NCBI GenBank assembly: GCA_043228905.1
Contig: JBHGNT010000018.1
Coordinates: 16,926,001 to 16,990,000, forward strand
DNA length: 64,000 nt
Direction: 5' to 3'
Source of the DNA: Azolla caroliniana
Taxonomy: Eukaryota; Plantae; Polypodiophyta
A model generated the notes under the pieces. That model did not search any database, had not been told where the DNA came from, and saw nothing but the letters and a program-made list of their open reading frames with translations. The stretch's first letter is position 1. Each line of letters begins with the position of its first letter. A program made the position numbers and the translations under genes. Below are positions 1 through 11,456 of this stretch, one piece after another.

Positions 1-2650
1 CTGCTATAACCCGCAAACTAAGCAAGTACGAGTAAGCCGAGATGTCGAATTTGGCGAATCTGCATCTTGATACTCTCTATCAACTCCGACGGAAGATGAG
101 ACTAGTGAGCCGCAAACGATCCTGGCTGGATATGAAGAAGGATTTGGTACTTTGGACGAGAGTCTGATTTAATTCCGGCTGAGTGGGTCGAGTGAGCGAC
201 TAAGTCTGAAAGACCAGTCGGATGACTAGTCGGCGAGTAGTGAAGACTTGGTCATGCTCTCCCCGCGCAAGGAATGGAGGAAACAATTCACGTGCAAAGA
301 GAAGGGGAAGAAAAAGATGCTAGAGTATGACACCGGTAGAGGTGAGTCGGATTGGAGCGATTCCAACTACGGCTCGACTAACATGGAACCTTCGAGGAAG
401 AGGTCGAAGTTGGCTGAGACGGCCGCGAAATCGGCGAATCAGGAATTGCGCAGATCCACCCACCAAAAGAACCCCTTGAGGAGGTACAGGTACAATGAGT
501 ATATGGCGCATCATTATGCGTACATGGTGAATGTGGCAGTCGTGCGTGAGCCAAAGAGCTACGCCAAAGCGGCTAAGGATCCGAACTGGCAGAAGACCAT
601 GGAGGAAGAGATGCACGCACTCATAGAGAATGAGACGTGGGACTTGGTGGACATACTGAAAATAGTGAAGTCGATCAGTTGTCGTTGGGTATACAAGGTC
701 AAATACGACACCGACAGCTCTATCAACTGGTACAAGGCCCGGTTAGTGGCCAAGGGCTACACGTAGCAGCACGACATCGACTACGATGAGAAGCTCGTGC
801 CAGTTGTGAAGATGACGACCGTCTGTGTCTTGTTTGTTGTGGCATTGGCGAAGGGATGGCATCTACATCAGGATGTAAAGAATGTGTTCCTACAAGGTGA
901 TCTTCAGAAATAGGTGTATATGGTTCAACCCCCATGATTTCAATCCGGAGTAAACACATCAGTTGTGTGTCGATTGAAGAAGTTCCTCTACGGACTCAAG
1001 AAAACCTTGCGCACCTGGAAAACGAAGATCACGCAGAGACTGCGGCGGATGGGGTTTACTGCATTGAAATCAGACTCTTCACTTTTCATTCGGCAAGGTC
1101 GGAACAGGCCGGTGAGCATATTGCTCTATGTGGATGATCTTGTCATCGTCGGTGTCGACCCGGATGAAATCGGCTGCGTGAAATACCAACTTGCGGCATC
1201 ATTTGAAATGAAGGATCTCGGCGACCTTCATTACTTCCTCGGGATGAGAGTGATCCGTACTCCTGATGGCATGTTGATCAGTCAACGCCACTATGTGATG
1301 AGTATGCTCTTCAAATTTGGTATGATGGAATGGAAAGCCGTCTTGACTCCTCTGTACTGGAATGTGAAGCATCGCCCCGACTCTGGAACAACATGTGACC
1401 CAAAAAGGTTCTAGTAGATAGTCAAAAGCCCAATCTATCTAACCATCACCAAACCGGACCTCAGCTATCCGGTCGGATTGATTAGTCAATTCATGGTGCA
1501 TCCGACTGTGGAGCACCTTCAATGCGCACACCGAATACTCAGGTATGTTAGCGGCACTAAGGACATGGGGTTGCTGTATCGGACCGGTGTAGCTAGACAA
1601 ATTGTCGACTACACAGATGCCAATTGGGCCGGAAATCCCGGAGACTGCAGGTCTACATCCGGATATGGGTTTTCACTTGAAAGCGTTGTGGTCTCCTGGA
1701 GCAGCAAAAATCAACTGATAGTAGCATTGTCAAGCACCGACCGAGCCCGAGTATTGAGGAGCAGCTATCGCAACTTGTGAAGCCATATGGCTGAAAAGGC
1801 TACTCAAAGATCTATGTGCCGAGGTGTCCGATCTTGTTATCATCTACTATAACAAACTCAACAACATCCAGTTGGCGAAGAACCCCGTCTTTCACGCCCG
1901 ACAAAGCACATTGAGGTGCACTACCATTTTGTCCGTGAGCGCGTTCTCTTTGGTGAAGTGGAACCGTTGCATGTTCCTACGGATCGACAGATTACCGATA
2001 TCTTAACCAAACCCCTTAGCTTAGACAAGTTGCGGCAGTTTTCCAGTGCACTCGGTGTGCAATACCTCAATATGCCAAACTTGAGGGGGAGGAATGAAAG
2101 GACGAATGAGAAAGAAGACCGAAAAGCCGAGTCAGAAACCGATTTCGATTTCCACCCGACTGAAGAAGTTGGAGTGCGCGGGACGATCGAGAAAGCCAAG
2201 ACTGGACGTAAGGGGAGCCACCGGAATGGAGAGCCCAACCGGACGACAACCGAAAAAGGGGAAGGCAAAGCCAGAAAGACCGAGACACGAATATGGTATG
2301 ATGTCGTGAAAGGTCTGGAAATCGACGACAAATTGGAGAGAACACCCATAAACAAGCTGGAACGAATCGGAGGTAGGCGATTATGAGTTCGATTCGGAGG
2401 AACTGAATCAACAGAAGGTTAAACGGACAAGGAGGCAACGGAACTCGACACGGACGGGTCGAGAAGCGCCGAAGTTGCAACAATAAGGGAGCTAAGAAGG
2501 GCGTTATGAGCAGACAAGCCGACCGAGAAGGTCGAGGAGCACGGAACCGGATGGGTCGAGGAAAGCAGGACCGGACCGGACGAGGAGCGCAAGCCAGGCA
2601 AGACGACGCCAGGTGGAGCCGGAGGAAAGGACGGGCAAACACAAACACTG
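1..2650 (+). mobile_element. Degenerate Ty1/Copia element, family A copy 1 (IN linker, RT, RNase H, 3' tail; no LTR visible)
   Basis: ORF fragments with Copia motifs: EEEMHALIENETWDLV, WVYKVK...YKARLVAKGY, LYVDDL, EMKDLGDLHYFLG, YTDANWAG, WSSKNQ, KNPVFHARTKHIEVHYHFVRE. Multiple stops and frameshifts. Confidence 0.93.
248..2386 (+). pseudogene. Copia pol (RT-RNase H) pseudogene with C-terminal extension
   Basis: ORFs 248-766, 965-1414, 1478-1780 and 1916-2386 tile one RT/RH polyprotein. Confidence 0.9.
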
Positions 2651-3068
2651 ACCAGATGGCCGACGAAAAGGCCGACTAGACAGTCAACACATGTGTTGGC
2701 TAATTAACTACTACTATTATTAGTATAATAATAGATGTGAGGGTAGCAGGAACTATATTTGTAAATAGCCCATAAAGTGTATAACTATAAATACACCTAG
2801 GGCAAAATTTATGTATTCTATAGTTGTGAGTTACAGAGAGAAGAGAGAGTGCGAGATTGAGTGAGTGGCGCCATAGTATGTGAGCTTAGACGCCAAGAGC
2901 CTTGCGTGGTTGATACACTCTGTGTAGGAAGAGTGTTGTATACTGTCTTCTTTATATTCTCGATTGTAAATTGGATCTCTATTCTCGTGGTTTTCCCCGT
3001 TATTCCATGTAAAATTGTGTATTCTGTGCATTTGCTGTTTTCTGTTTCCGCGTTATTGTGTATTTCAT
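2645..3068 (+). repeat. 5' LTR remnant of Copia B (boundaries approximate)
   Basis: Shares GGAACTATATTTGTAAATAGCCCATAAAGTGTA and upstream sequence with 31523-31798; TATA-like CTATAAATA near 2786. Confidence 0.7.
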
Positions 3069-3103
3069 AGTCGGTCTTTCTCACGAATCTTAGGGATCGA
3101 ATC

Positions 3104-3733
3104 TTGTCAAAGATGGAAGGTGTTGTGAGTGGCTTCCCAAGTATGATAGTTCTAAACTCTCAAAATTATGCAGATTGGAAGATAAAGATGGAAGACCTTC
3201 TCATAATTAAAGACCTGTATGAGCCAATCGATAGAGCAAAAATACCCACAGGGGTATTAGAGTTTGAATGGAAACTCTTGAATAGAAAGGCGAGGGCCAC
3301 CATCAGACAGTGTGTTGATGTAGTGTTCTTCAACATGTGGCGAACGACACAAATGCCTATGAGATGTGGCAGAAGTTGTTAGGTCTATGTGAGAGGAAGA
3401 ACGCCTTCAACAAAACATCCTTGATGAGAAAGATTATGAGGCTGAAGTACAAGGACGGAGAAAGTATAGTGGAGCATGTAAGCACATTCATGGGGTATGT
3501 GAACCAATTTGTGGAAAGCAAGTTTCCCCTTGAGGATGCAATGCAGGCCATTCTACTACTGTGCACATGGGTGATCAACTCTAGTGCATCTTTCCATATA
3601 ACTTTGTCGCGAGGGTGTTTCTCGACGTACATAGTCCAGGATCACAACTATGTAAAGATGGGAGATAATGGGGAGTGCAAGATAGCCAACATAGGAAGTG
3701 TAAGCTTGATGACATTGACAGGTTGTCGACTGA
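3104..3733 (+). pseudogene. Copia B gag/protease remnant
   Basis: LNSQNYADWKIKMEDLL and WVINSSASFH (degenerate WxxDSGAS protease motif); frameshifted. Confidence 0.88.
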
Positions 3734-4179
3734 TGTTACCCGGCCGGCAAAGACCAGGGTGTGAAAAGGGGAATTGTTATTTGGGAATCTGTTGAAATTA
3801 CTAGTCTTAATATATATATTAATATATGAGAAGATGTCGACGGACGGACCGGAATCAGTATGCCGATCTGGATCCGGACCGATCCTGAATAGGTGCCGGT
3901 TGGCACCGTTTTGTACTTCGCACCGATGACCTATATAAAGGCCCGGTTACAATGTAATTATTGACGGAGAGTAATATAAACCTTTTGTTTAATCATTGAG
4001 TATTGCTCACCGTTATGTGCTTATTGTATATCTTACGCATGTTAATGACGTATTGCTAAGTAACCGATTAAGGTCCAATTAAGCGTTGTGTCGTAAGTTA
4101 TCTCGCCGTAACACCCTTTAGTGAAGTGTCTTCAGTGGACACCTTGTGTTAGGCTGTTGTCCGGCCTTAAGGATTAACA
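3734..4179 (+). repeat. 5' LTR of element C
   Basis: Direct repeat of 25446-25891; TG...CA ends; CTATATAAAG TATA near 3931. Confidence 0.95.
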
Positions 4180-4186
4180 CAGTTTT

Positions 4187-4197
4187 TGACGACCACG
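4187..4197 (+). promoter_or_regulatory. PBS of element C (TGACGACCACG, tRNA-Arg-like TGGCGACCAC with one change)
   Basis: Directly follows the 5' LTR after a CAGTTTT spacer. Confidence 0.65.
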
Positions 4198-4703
4198 ATT
4201 CCTGCACAATCGCAGTGAACAGTGGCGGGAATGGATGACTAGGCCAACAGACGACCCGGTTACGGAGAGAGCAAGAAGAGTTGCTGAACGGTGAAGGCGG
4301 CGAGAGGCTTTCCAGCAAGCGGTAGAAGAAATCCAATCGGATCGATCATTTTCCAAAGTGATCCGGAAAGTGGCAAAGGAGTCGCTCTGTCTGCAATAAA
4401 ACGCCTACCCGGACGAAGGAAGCAGCTTAAGCAGTCTCTGAGAAGCGGAATCCCTTCTCCAGGCCTTGGCCGCAAGAGACGGTGAATCTGAAGCATTTTC
4501 GGTGCTGGAATCAGATTCGGAAGGGGGGTTACAGCGTGCACACGAACTATCGCAGCAGTAACGACACCCTAGGAGGACCGGAGGACGAGGAGTCAGATAC
4601 ATTACCGACATCGGAACCAGAATTGTCAGACCGGGAACCTCCGACACTAGACGTGGAGCAACCCCCAGAGACGGAAGAGGACAAAGAAAGACATCTGACA
4701 CAG

Positions 4704-5163
4704 TGTTGTCCGCCGGAATAGTATGCCTCTTAGGAAACACGGTCCGTGGTCAGTCCTTTGACCTAGACCCCAAAGTGGGTGTGGAACAACGAACAGAGCT
4801 TAATCGTACTACGTAAGGAGAGAACCTCTGTGACTCCGCTGTGTGTAAGGGGAGATGGCTACAACCGACTCCTTCTCACAAGTTGCGCTTACGTACTACT
4901 ACGATTACGTATCCGAGACACAGACACTGAATTAGCCGTAGTTATACACAGAAACTCAGAGAAGATAGTATTCTATTATCAGGCGTTCTTTTTACAATTC
5001 CCAGAATTTACACACACCTCCTTACGAGGTTTTCTGCCCTTTATATATGCAGGGTCTAATTAGCCGTTCACGCGTACCCGCGTGAACCATTACATACGTT
5101 ACGCTTTATATAGTTTCTTATTCCTACGCTTTTGGCCGTCGGTTACTATTCCGGCGGACAACA
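4704..5163 (-). repeat. 3' LTR of element D, with perfect 20-bp terminal inverted repeats
   Basis: TGTTGTCCGCCGGAATAGTA (4704-4723) is the reverse complement of 5144-5163; minus-strand TATA near 5040-5048. Confidence 0.88.
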
Positions 5164-5165
5164 CC

Positions 5166-5182
5166 TGGCACGCCTGTGGGAC
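5166..5182 (+). promoter_or_regulatory. Inverted PBS-like site at the PPT position of element D (TGGCACGCCTGTGGGAC)
   Basis: Lies 2 nt from the LTR. Matches the complement of the recalled plant tRNA-Arg 3' end GTCCCACCAGGCGTGCCA at 17/18 nt (one gap). Confidence 0.75.
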
Positions 5183-5210
5183 AGTGCCTTTACACGTCGT
5201 ACCCATCCCA

Positions 5211-8066
5211 TTAATCTTCTTCCAAAATGCCCCGGATGTTTGGCTCTGTTGTGGTGTCCTCGGCTGGAGTTGATGTAGGGCCTGTAGGAGCATCGTGGTG
5301 CGGTTCCTCTGCTTGGTCGGCCTGGTTTCTCCAGGAGTCGCCTTCGCCGTGTGCGGGTGGTTTGGGTACGGTGGGTTCTTCTTGAGTTCGTGGACTAGGC
5401 TCCGCCGGTAGCGTGCTTGCCATCGGCTGCTGCTCCGCCTCTATTGTTACGTCCTCCGCGGTGTTGGCCGTTTTTGTGTGTCCCTGGGCGTGGGGCGGGG
5501 ATTCTGCCTGGTCCGCACTATTTTCCGCGTTTTCTGAAGATGGTGTGGGCTGGACCTTTTGTTGGTTAATCGTTTCGCTGTCTGGTCTTGTGGGGAACTC
5601 CGCTCGTTCGTCCCCGCTATTCTCCTCCGTTGTCCTCGTTGGTGATCGGTCCTGAGGTTCTTCTTCGGCTGGGCCCGGAATTGGTGTCTCGTTTCACCAA
5701 AATCATCTAGGAGTTGTGCGAGTTCTTCGGAGTGTTGGTTTGCTAACGCGCGATAGTCTTGCGCTAGGTCCTCCCGTACGGTCGCAATGCTCTCCTCGTT
5801 GAGCTTATAAAACCCTCGGCCGTCTTTCCGTCGGTTCTCCCAGTCCGCACGATACGCGTGCAATTCCGCTGCTTGGGTTGCCCACGCCATCCATCCTTTT
5901 TCCAGCGCCGTTTTCAATTGCGCTGTGAACCTTTCCTGATTGGTGTGGAGAAGGATGCGCACGTTATCCGTGATGGCCTGGCAGCGGTTGCGTGCGTCTT
6001 CCATCGACTTCTGGAGATTTGCGATTTCCTGCTATTTAACGGCTGCTGCTTCCTCATACGTGGCCTTCAGGCCCGCCCATAGCTGGGATTCCTTTTCATG
6101 CTGTTTTTCTAATTTCCCCATTTCATTGTTTAGGCAGATTTTGAGTTGATGCTGTCTGTCTTGTTTGACTAGCAACTGTTCATCAAACCATACCTTCTTT
6201 TTATCTAATAAGCCTTGAAGTCCCGCTATTGCCGCCTCTGATTTCTTCGCGTCCTCTCGTAATTGGGCGTTGTCGTCTTTTGTCCGAATGTGCTGTGCCA
6301 CCTCTGTAGCTAGTTTCTCTTCAAGCGTTTCTACTGCTTTTCGTCCGTTAGCCCGTATCTCCTTTTCTTTGTCGGAGGATTGGCGTAGCTCTGCTCGAAG
6401 GCGGTCAATTTCGGATTCCGCTAGCTGCACTGCCCTTTTTGCTTTTGAGGCGATGGCGGTCCGAGCCTCGATTTCTTCTTTGAGAGTGTCGACAACATGG
6501 TTCGGTGGCAGGGTTTCGTGTTGCGCCGTAGTCGTATGAGCTTCTAACTCCGCGATGCGTGCGTTGGCCTTTTGTAGTTCGGCTTCGGTCAGCTTAACCT
6601 TCTTCCAGACATTCTTATTTTTTATGGCCATCTCCTTGGCGCCCGTGCTGACCTTTGCCAGTTCCCGATGGACTTCGACTAGGGCCATGTTTAATGGTGG
6701 TATCTCCATCCCTACTCGCCATACCCCAGCGTTCCTCTGTCTGCCAACCTTGGCCAGCCGGTCCTCATCGTCACTCTCCGTTGTTTGTGTTAGGGCGCGC
6801 TCTATCATCTGTCGTTCTGCATGCTCCTTGGCCATGCATTGAGCGGCTTTGACCTGTTGTGCTGCCAGGAACTCCATGAGCTCGAAAGAGGTCCCGAACT
6901 GCAAGAGGGCACTGAATTCGTGGGCCGTATCCGGAATATCCGGATATGCCAAAACCTCGCTTTCCGCCGTCAATACAGCTTTCCCTCGCTGGGACTGAGT
7001 CGTAATAATCGGCCGCGGCTCTGCTATTGCGGGGCCTTCGCCTGCGGTTGGTGCCTCCGGATCTGTGGGGGCGTTTTTTACCAACCCCCGCCCATCCTTT
7101 CTGTCCAATCTGCGCCGTTTGGGTCTAGGGCTTTCCCCCCCGTGCATCGGTGGCTGGTTCTGGGGGTGCCTCCATGGGGTGTCTAGGCTGTTCCTCTTGC
7201 GTCCCCCGTATATCCGGTTGGTCGGTAGGAGGTGTTGTCCTTGGGTCTGGTTGGGCCGGTTGGGGTTCCTCCTCCCATGCTGGGGCTGCTAACTCCGCTA
7301 ACCAGCGTTTCGCGGAGCGGGGCGGGGCCGTGGGTTGGTTGCTGGGTTGTGGTGCTGGTAGACCTCGGGGTGGAAACGGTACCGTAAGGTATTGTTGGAT
7401 GATTGGCCTGAGCTTTTTGCCTGCTTGGTACGCATGCAAGCTTTCCCGTAACGCCGGCCCTGTGATGACCCCCTAGTCAGCTGTACGCCCCTCAAAGGTG
7501 TCGATAATGATGCCCGCCTTCTGTTTAGGCATCCCATAAGCATTGACATGGACGCAACCTACTTCCAGTAGGAACTTGGCCACTTCATGGAAGAAGGGAT
7601 CCGGAATCTGTTTTGTTCTATAGGCTTTGGCGGAGGATGAGTATGGGCCAAAATACCGCTACAGCGCCTCTGTAGGAGGTATTTCGAAATGTCTTTCGCC
7701 TAGTGAAGATAGGTCTAACTTCTTCCGAATGGAAGAGTTTGTGACCGTGTCGATGTTAAGCCGCCTGGTGATGTCCATGGTGTCCGGGTGCGGAGGTGCT
7801 TCTGCGACCCGAATATAACCATCCAGGCGCTTCTCCACGAGCCATCAACGTAGGGCAGTAGAGATGAAGATTGGCATCGCCAGGGTAGGTTCGTGGAGAG
7901 GCGACGAGTAGTAGTGGTGAGTTGGAGCTCTGAGATGTGATGGGGAAGAAGGTGAGGAGGAGCGATGGTAGCACTGATAGCTAGATGCTGTGTTTCTGCT
8001 TTGTGTAGAAAACCTTCTATTTCCTTCTTTTTGTGGCTTAGGGTTCCTTGGGTGGTGAGCCATCAT
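5211..8066 (-). pseudogene. Extra ORF3 of element D (sense, downstream of pol): N-terminal domain, Pro-rich linker, long coiled coil, acidic tail
   Basis: ORFs 7845-8066, 7125-7439, 6032-7147, 5447-6004 and 5211-5423 tile a ~900-aa frame broken by stops and frameshifts; homologous to C ORF3. Confidence 0.78.
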
Positions 8067-8256
8067 GGTGCCGCGAGTTCTTGAACTAGGAGTTTGTGCA
8101 CTATCTTCTCTTTTTTTCTTTTTTTTCTTTTTTTCCTAACGGTTAGTTACCCCCTATTTTTACATTATAGTACAATTGGGCCTGTCCCTTTTACGCTGCG
8201 GGTTCTACGGCTTTGTCCCATTCGGCGGTGAATGGGTTAGGTGGTGTAGGGCCCAG

Positions 8257-9615
8257 TTAAGGTTTGAGCCGAAACCCATTCACTTTTTGCGGTACTATTT
8301 CTCCAGCCACTGTTCCTAGTTGGAACGTGCCCTATTCCACTCCAATTATCCAGTATGGGCCGGTCCAGCGGAAACGCAGCTTACCCGGCATCTGGCCCAT
8401 GTGTGTTTGAAAAACTAGCACCGCTCGGCCCACGGCGAACTCCTTTTCCCTTGCACTCCGATGCCAATCGACAAATGCTTTACGCCGTCGCTGTTCTTCT
8501 TCCAACACAGCCATGCTGTGGACGCGTTTCTCCCCTAGTTCGAGGAGTTGGTGAAGCCGTTCCTCCTTTGACTTGGCTTCTGATAATCGGTTCTGTACGT
8601 TAATGCACAACCTAGGTACCCGGAATTCGACCGACATTACTGCTTCTAGTCCAAACGCTAGCCGAAACGGTGTTGATCGTATGCTTGTTTTGTAACTAGT
8701 TCTGTACGCCCATAACGCGCTCTGGAGTTTGGTGTCCCAGTCCGTTCTGTTTTCATTGACAATTTTCTTTAAAATGGTCTGTAAAGTTTTGTTCGTGGAT
8801 TCCGCTAATCCATTCGCCTACGGGTAGTATGGCGTGCTTTTCTTGTGGACGACTACGTAATGCTATGTTAGTTCCCGAACCACCGTATTGAGGAAGTGGC
8901 TCCCCTGGTCACTGATGAGCTCAATCGGGCAGCAGAACCGGCACCAGATGTGCTCGTACAGAAATTTGGCTGTGACGGCCACCGTATTTTCCCGTAGTGC
9001 CTTTGCTTCTACCCATTTGGTACAGTAATCCGTGGCTACCAATATGTATTTGTTACCCGTACGGGCTGCTGTTGGTGTGAAGGGCCCCACAAAATCTAAT
9101 CCCCACTTTTGGAAGGGGTCCAGTGGTAGCACGGGCTGGTGTGGCATCCTTGCGTCCTCCTCGGGCTGACCCATCCACTGGCACAAGTCACACTTTCTAC
9201 AATACTCGGATGCGTCCTTCTGTGTTGTTGGCCACCATAAGCCAGCCTGCCATACTTTGCAAGCTGTCACATTGCCTGTGTAATGGCCGTCGGCCGTGCT
9301 GCAGTGTGCCTCCCGTGACACTACTTCTTTTTCATCCTGACGGACTCCCCGTCGCCAAATGCCGTCACTTCCCCGTCGACCAGGCATAAGTGACGGCTTC
9401 GGACGGCTAGTCGTTTCTTCTCGTCTGTGCGTAATTGTGGTGGAGGTAGTCCTGTAGTCAAAAAGTACGTCATTTCCATAAGCCATCGATCCGGAAAGGT
9501 GGATTTTGTTTTTTCTGCAATCGTTGCTACTCGCCAGATGTCGGCGTCCGGAAAATCGTCGTCGTCTTTCTGTACTATTTCTCCACTCTCAAGTCTGCTC
9601 AAAAAATCCGCCACT
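8257..9615 (-). pseudogene. Element D integrase remnant
   Basis: HH-CC zinc finger (H...GH...CDLCQ), WGLDFVGP, ISDQGSHF, GKLRFRWTGPY (GPY/F motif). Confidence 0.93.
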
Positions 9616-9619
9616 GCGT

Positions 9620-10268
9620 TGTCGCGTTACTACGCGCGTGCGTGGGGGAACGAGGCGGGACCATCGGGGTCTTGAACCAAAGAGCAGGTGATAGAAGGGG
9701 AAAGAGAAAGAGAGAGACGCTCGGTTACGTATGAGCAAAGAAACACAGGGACACGGCCCTGTCAACGCAGAAGACATGAATGGACACAGGGACCGAGAGA
9801 CACGAATGTTTGTATCTTAATGAATGACAAATAAACGACAGAGCACACGAGCGGTTTCAACCGAACAGGCCGGCAAACAGATGCCGATGCCTGCTCGTCT
9901 GCGCACGAAAGGGGATAGGATGGAGGTGTTGCCGGAAGCACACGGGTGTTCCTCGAAGCAGCGCGAGCCTCCCGAAAACCTGCAGAGAAGAGCGATGGAG
10001 AACGAACAGAGGAGAAGCGTTCGGTTACGGTCCGACAGCACTTCGTCCTCCTCAATAATAATCCTATCTCCCCGCGTCTCCCTCTCTTTTATAGCTTCAA
10101 GAAGGGAGCCGTTTCCCTCATTAACTTCCTACCTACCGAATCTAACTACATGAGATATACCCTTGTACCTAATTCTCTATTATACACATTAAAGGGCGCG
10201 CACGCGTGAAGAGCCGGTTCACGCGCGCTATGCACCGATTGCGCTAAGGGATGGTTTTCTTCACGACA
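9620..10268 (-). repeat. 3' LTR of element E
   Basis: Direct repeat of 15763-16408; TGTCG...CGACA ends. Confidence 0.95.
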
Positions 10269-10818
10269 TCCGCCCCCACCGAACCCGCATCCACCGGTAT
10301 GCGCCAAAATTGGGTTCTGGTTGAAGAAAATTGGTCTGGGTTCCAGTTCCTCGTCCATCGGTTCGTCCTCCGTTTCGGACTATTCGTCATCGCTGTCCAG
10401 GCCTCTTAGATCCGGTTCGCCGTTGTGGCGCTTCTTGAACGCTTTGATCCGCTTCCCTGCTACCGGTATCGCCATCCTCGTACCGTCGAGTTCCGCCAGG
10501 TGATACCTTCCGTTGTCGTTGGCGCTCGTTACCACGTAAGGCCCGAATCACCGCTTTGCAAACTTCCGTGTTGCCCGGTGCTGGTTGTCGAGGCTGTTGT
10601 CGTAGACTAGCACCTTGTCGCCTTCCTCGATTTTCTTTGGTCGAAGCTGGTGCGTTCGGTCAAACCGGGCTTTGTTCGTCATCCTCGCCGTCCGAAATCT
10701 CTTCACCGTTCGTTCCACATCCTCTGGCCTCCGCTTGAGCTGTCGTATACGCGCCGCTAGCAATTCTTCCCAGCTCATCTTGTCTCTCCAGTCCACTGTC
10801 GCCCAAGAGGAGATCGTC

Positions 10819-11240
10819 CGTTCCATTGGCATGATCGGCTTCTGTCCGAACATGAGCTCTGACGGCATGAACCCGGTTACCGAACTGTGCGTTGTCCGGT
10901 CCGCCCACAAGGCATAAGGTAACAGTCGTGGCCAGTTCCCGACCTGGCCTCCGCACGCCCGGACTAGCGCTTTGACAATCGGTCCGTGTCCGTGGCCCAC
11001 GTCCCACGGTGTCCAGCCCAGGGGCTGGACACCGTTCCATTGGCATGATCGGCTTCTGTCCGAACATGAGCTCTGACGGCATGAACCCGGTTACCGAACT
11101 GTGCGTTGTCCGGTCCGCCCACAAGGCATAAGGTAACAGTCGTGGCCAGTTCCCGACCTGGCCTCCGCACGCCCGGACTAGCGCTTTGACAATCGGTCTG
11201 TGTCCGTGGCCCACATCCCACGGTGTCCAGCCCAGGGGCT
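10819..11240. repeat. ~214-bp tandem duplication in the integrase of E
   Basis: CGTTCCATTGGCATGATCGG...CCAGCCCAGGGGCT occurs twice in tandem. Confidence 0.9.
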
Positions 11241-11456
11241 GTTGTGGTAGGCCTTCAACAACTCCTCCTGTTCCTCCTCCATCGCCACTACTCGGAGCGG
11301 GATGCCGTTTCTCTTCTTCGGGTACTTCCACAAGTATCCGTCCCGGAGAAAGAATCGGTATGCTTTCTTCCGGATCCGGTTGGCCTCGTTCTTTGTCCAT
11401 GACGCGTCCGGCGTCATCGTCCTCAAGAATCCCCCAATCTGCAGCCACTCCCCATC

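Noticed and set aside
4704-5163. MITE or DNA transposon with 20-bp TIRs
   Set aside because: It has TG...CA ends, a TATA box and a partial second copy beside D's PBS, and no TSD flanks the 460-bp unit; better explained as an LTR.
6032-7147. Captured host myosin/SMC-like gene
   Set aside because: Generic coiled coil with a positional homologue in element C; treated as element ORF3.
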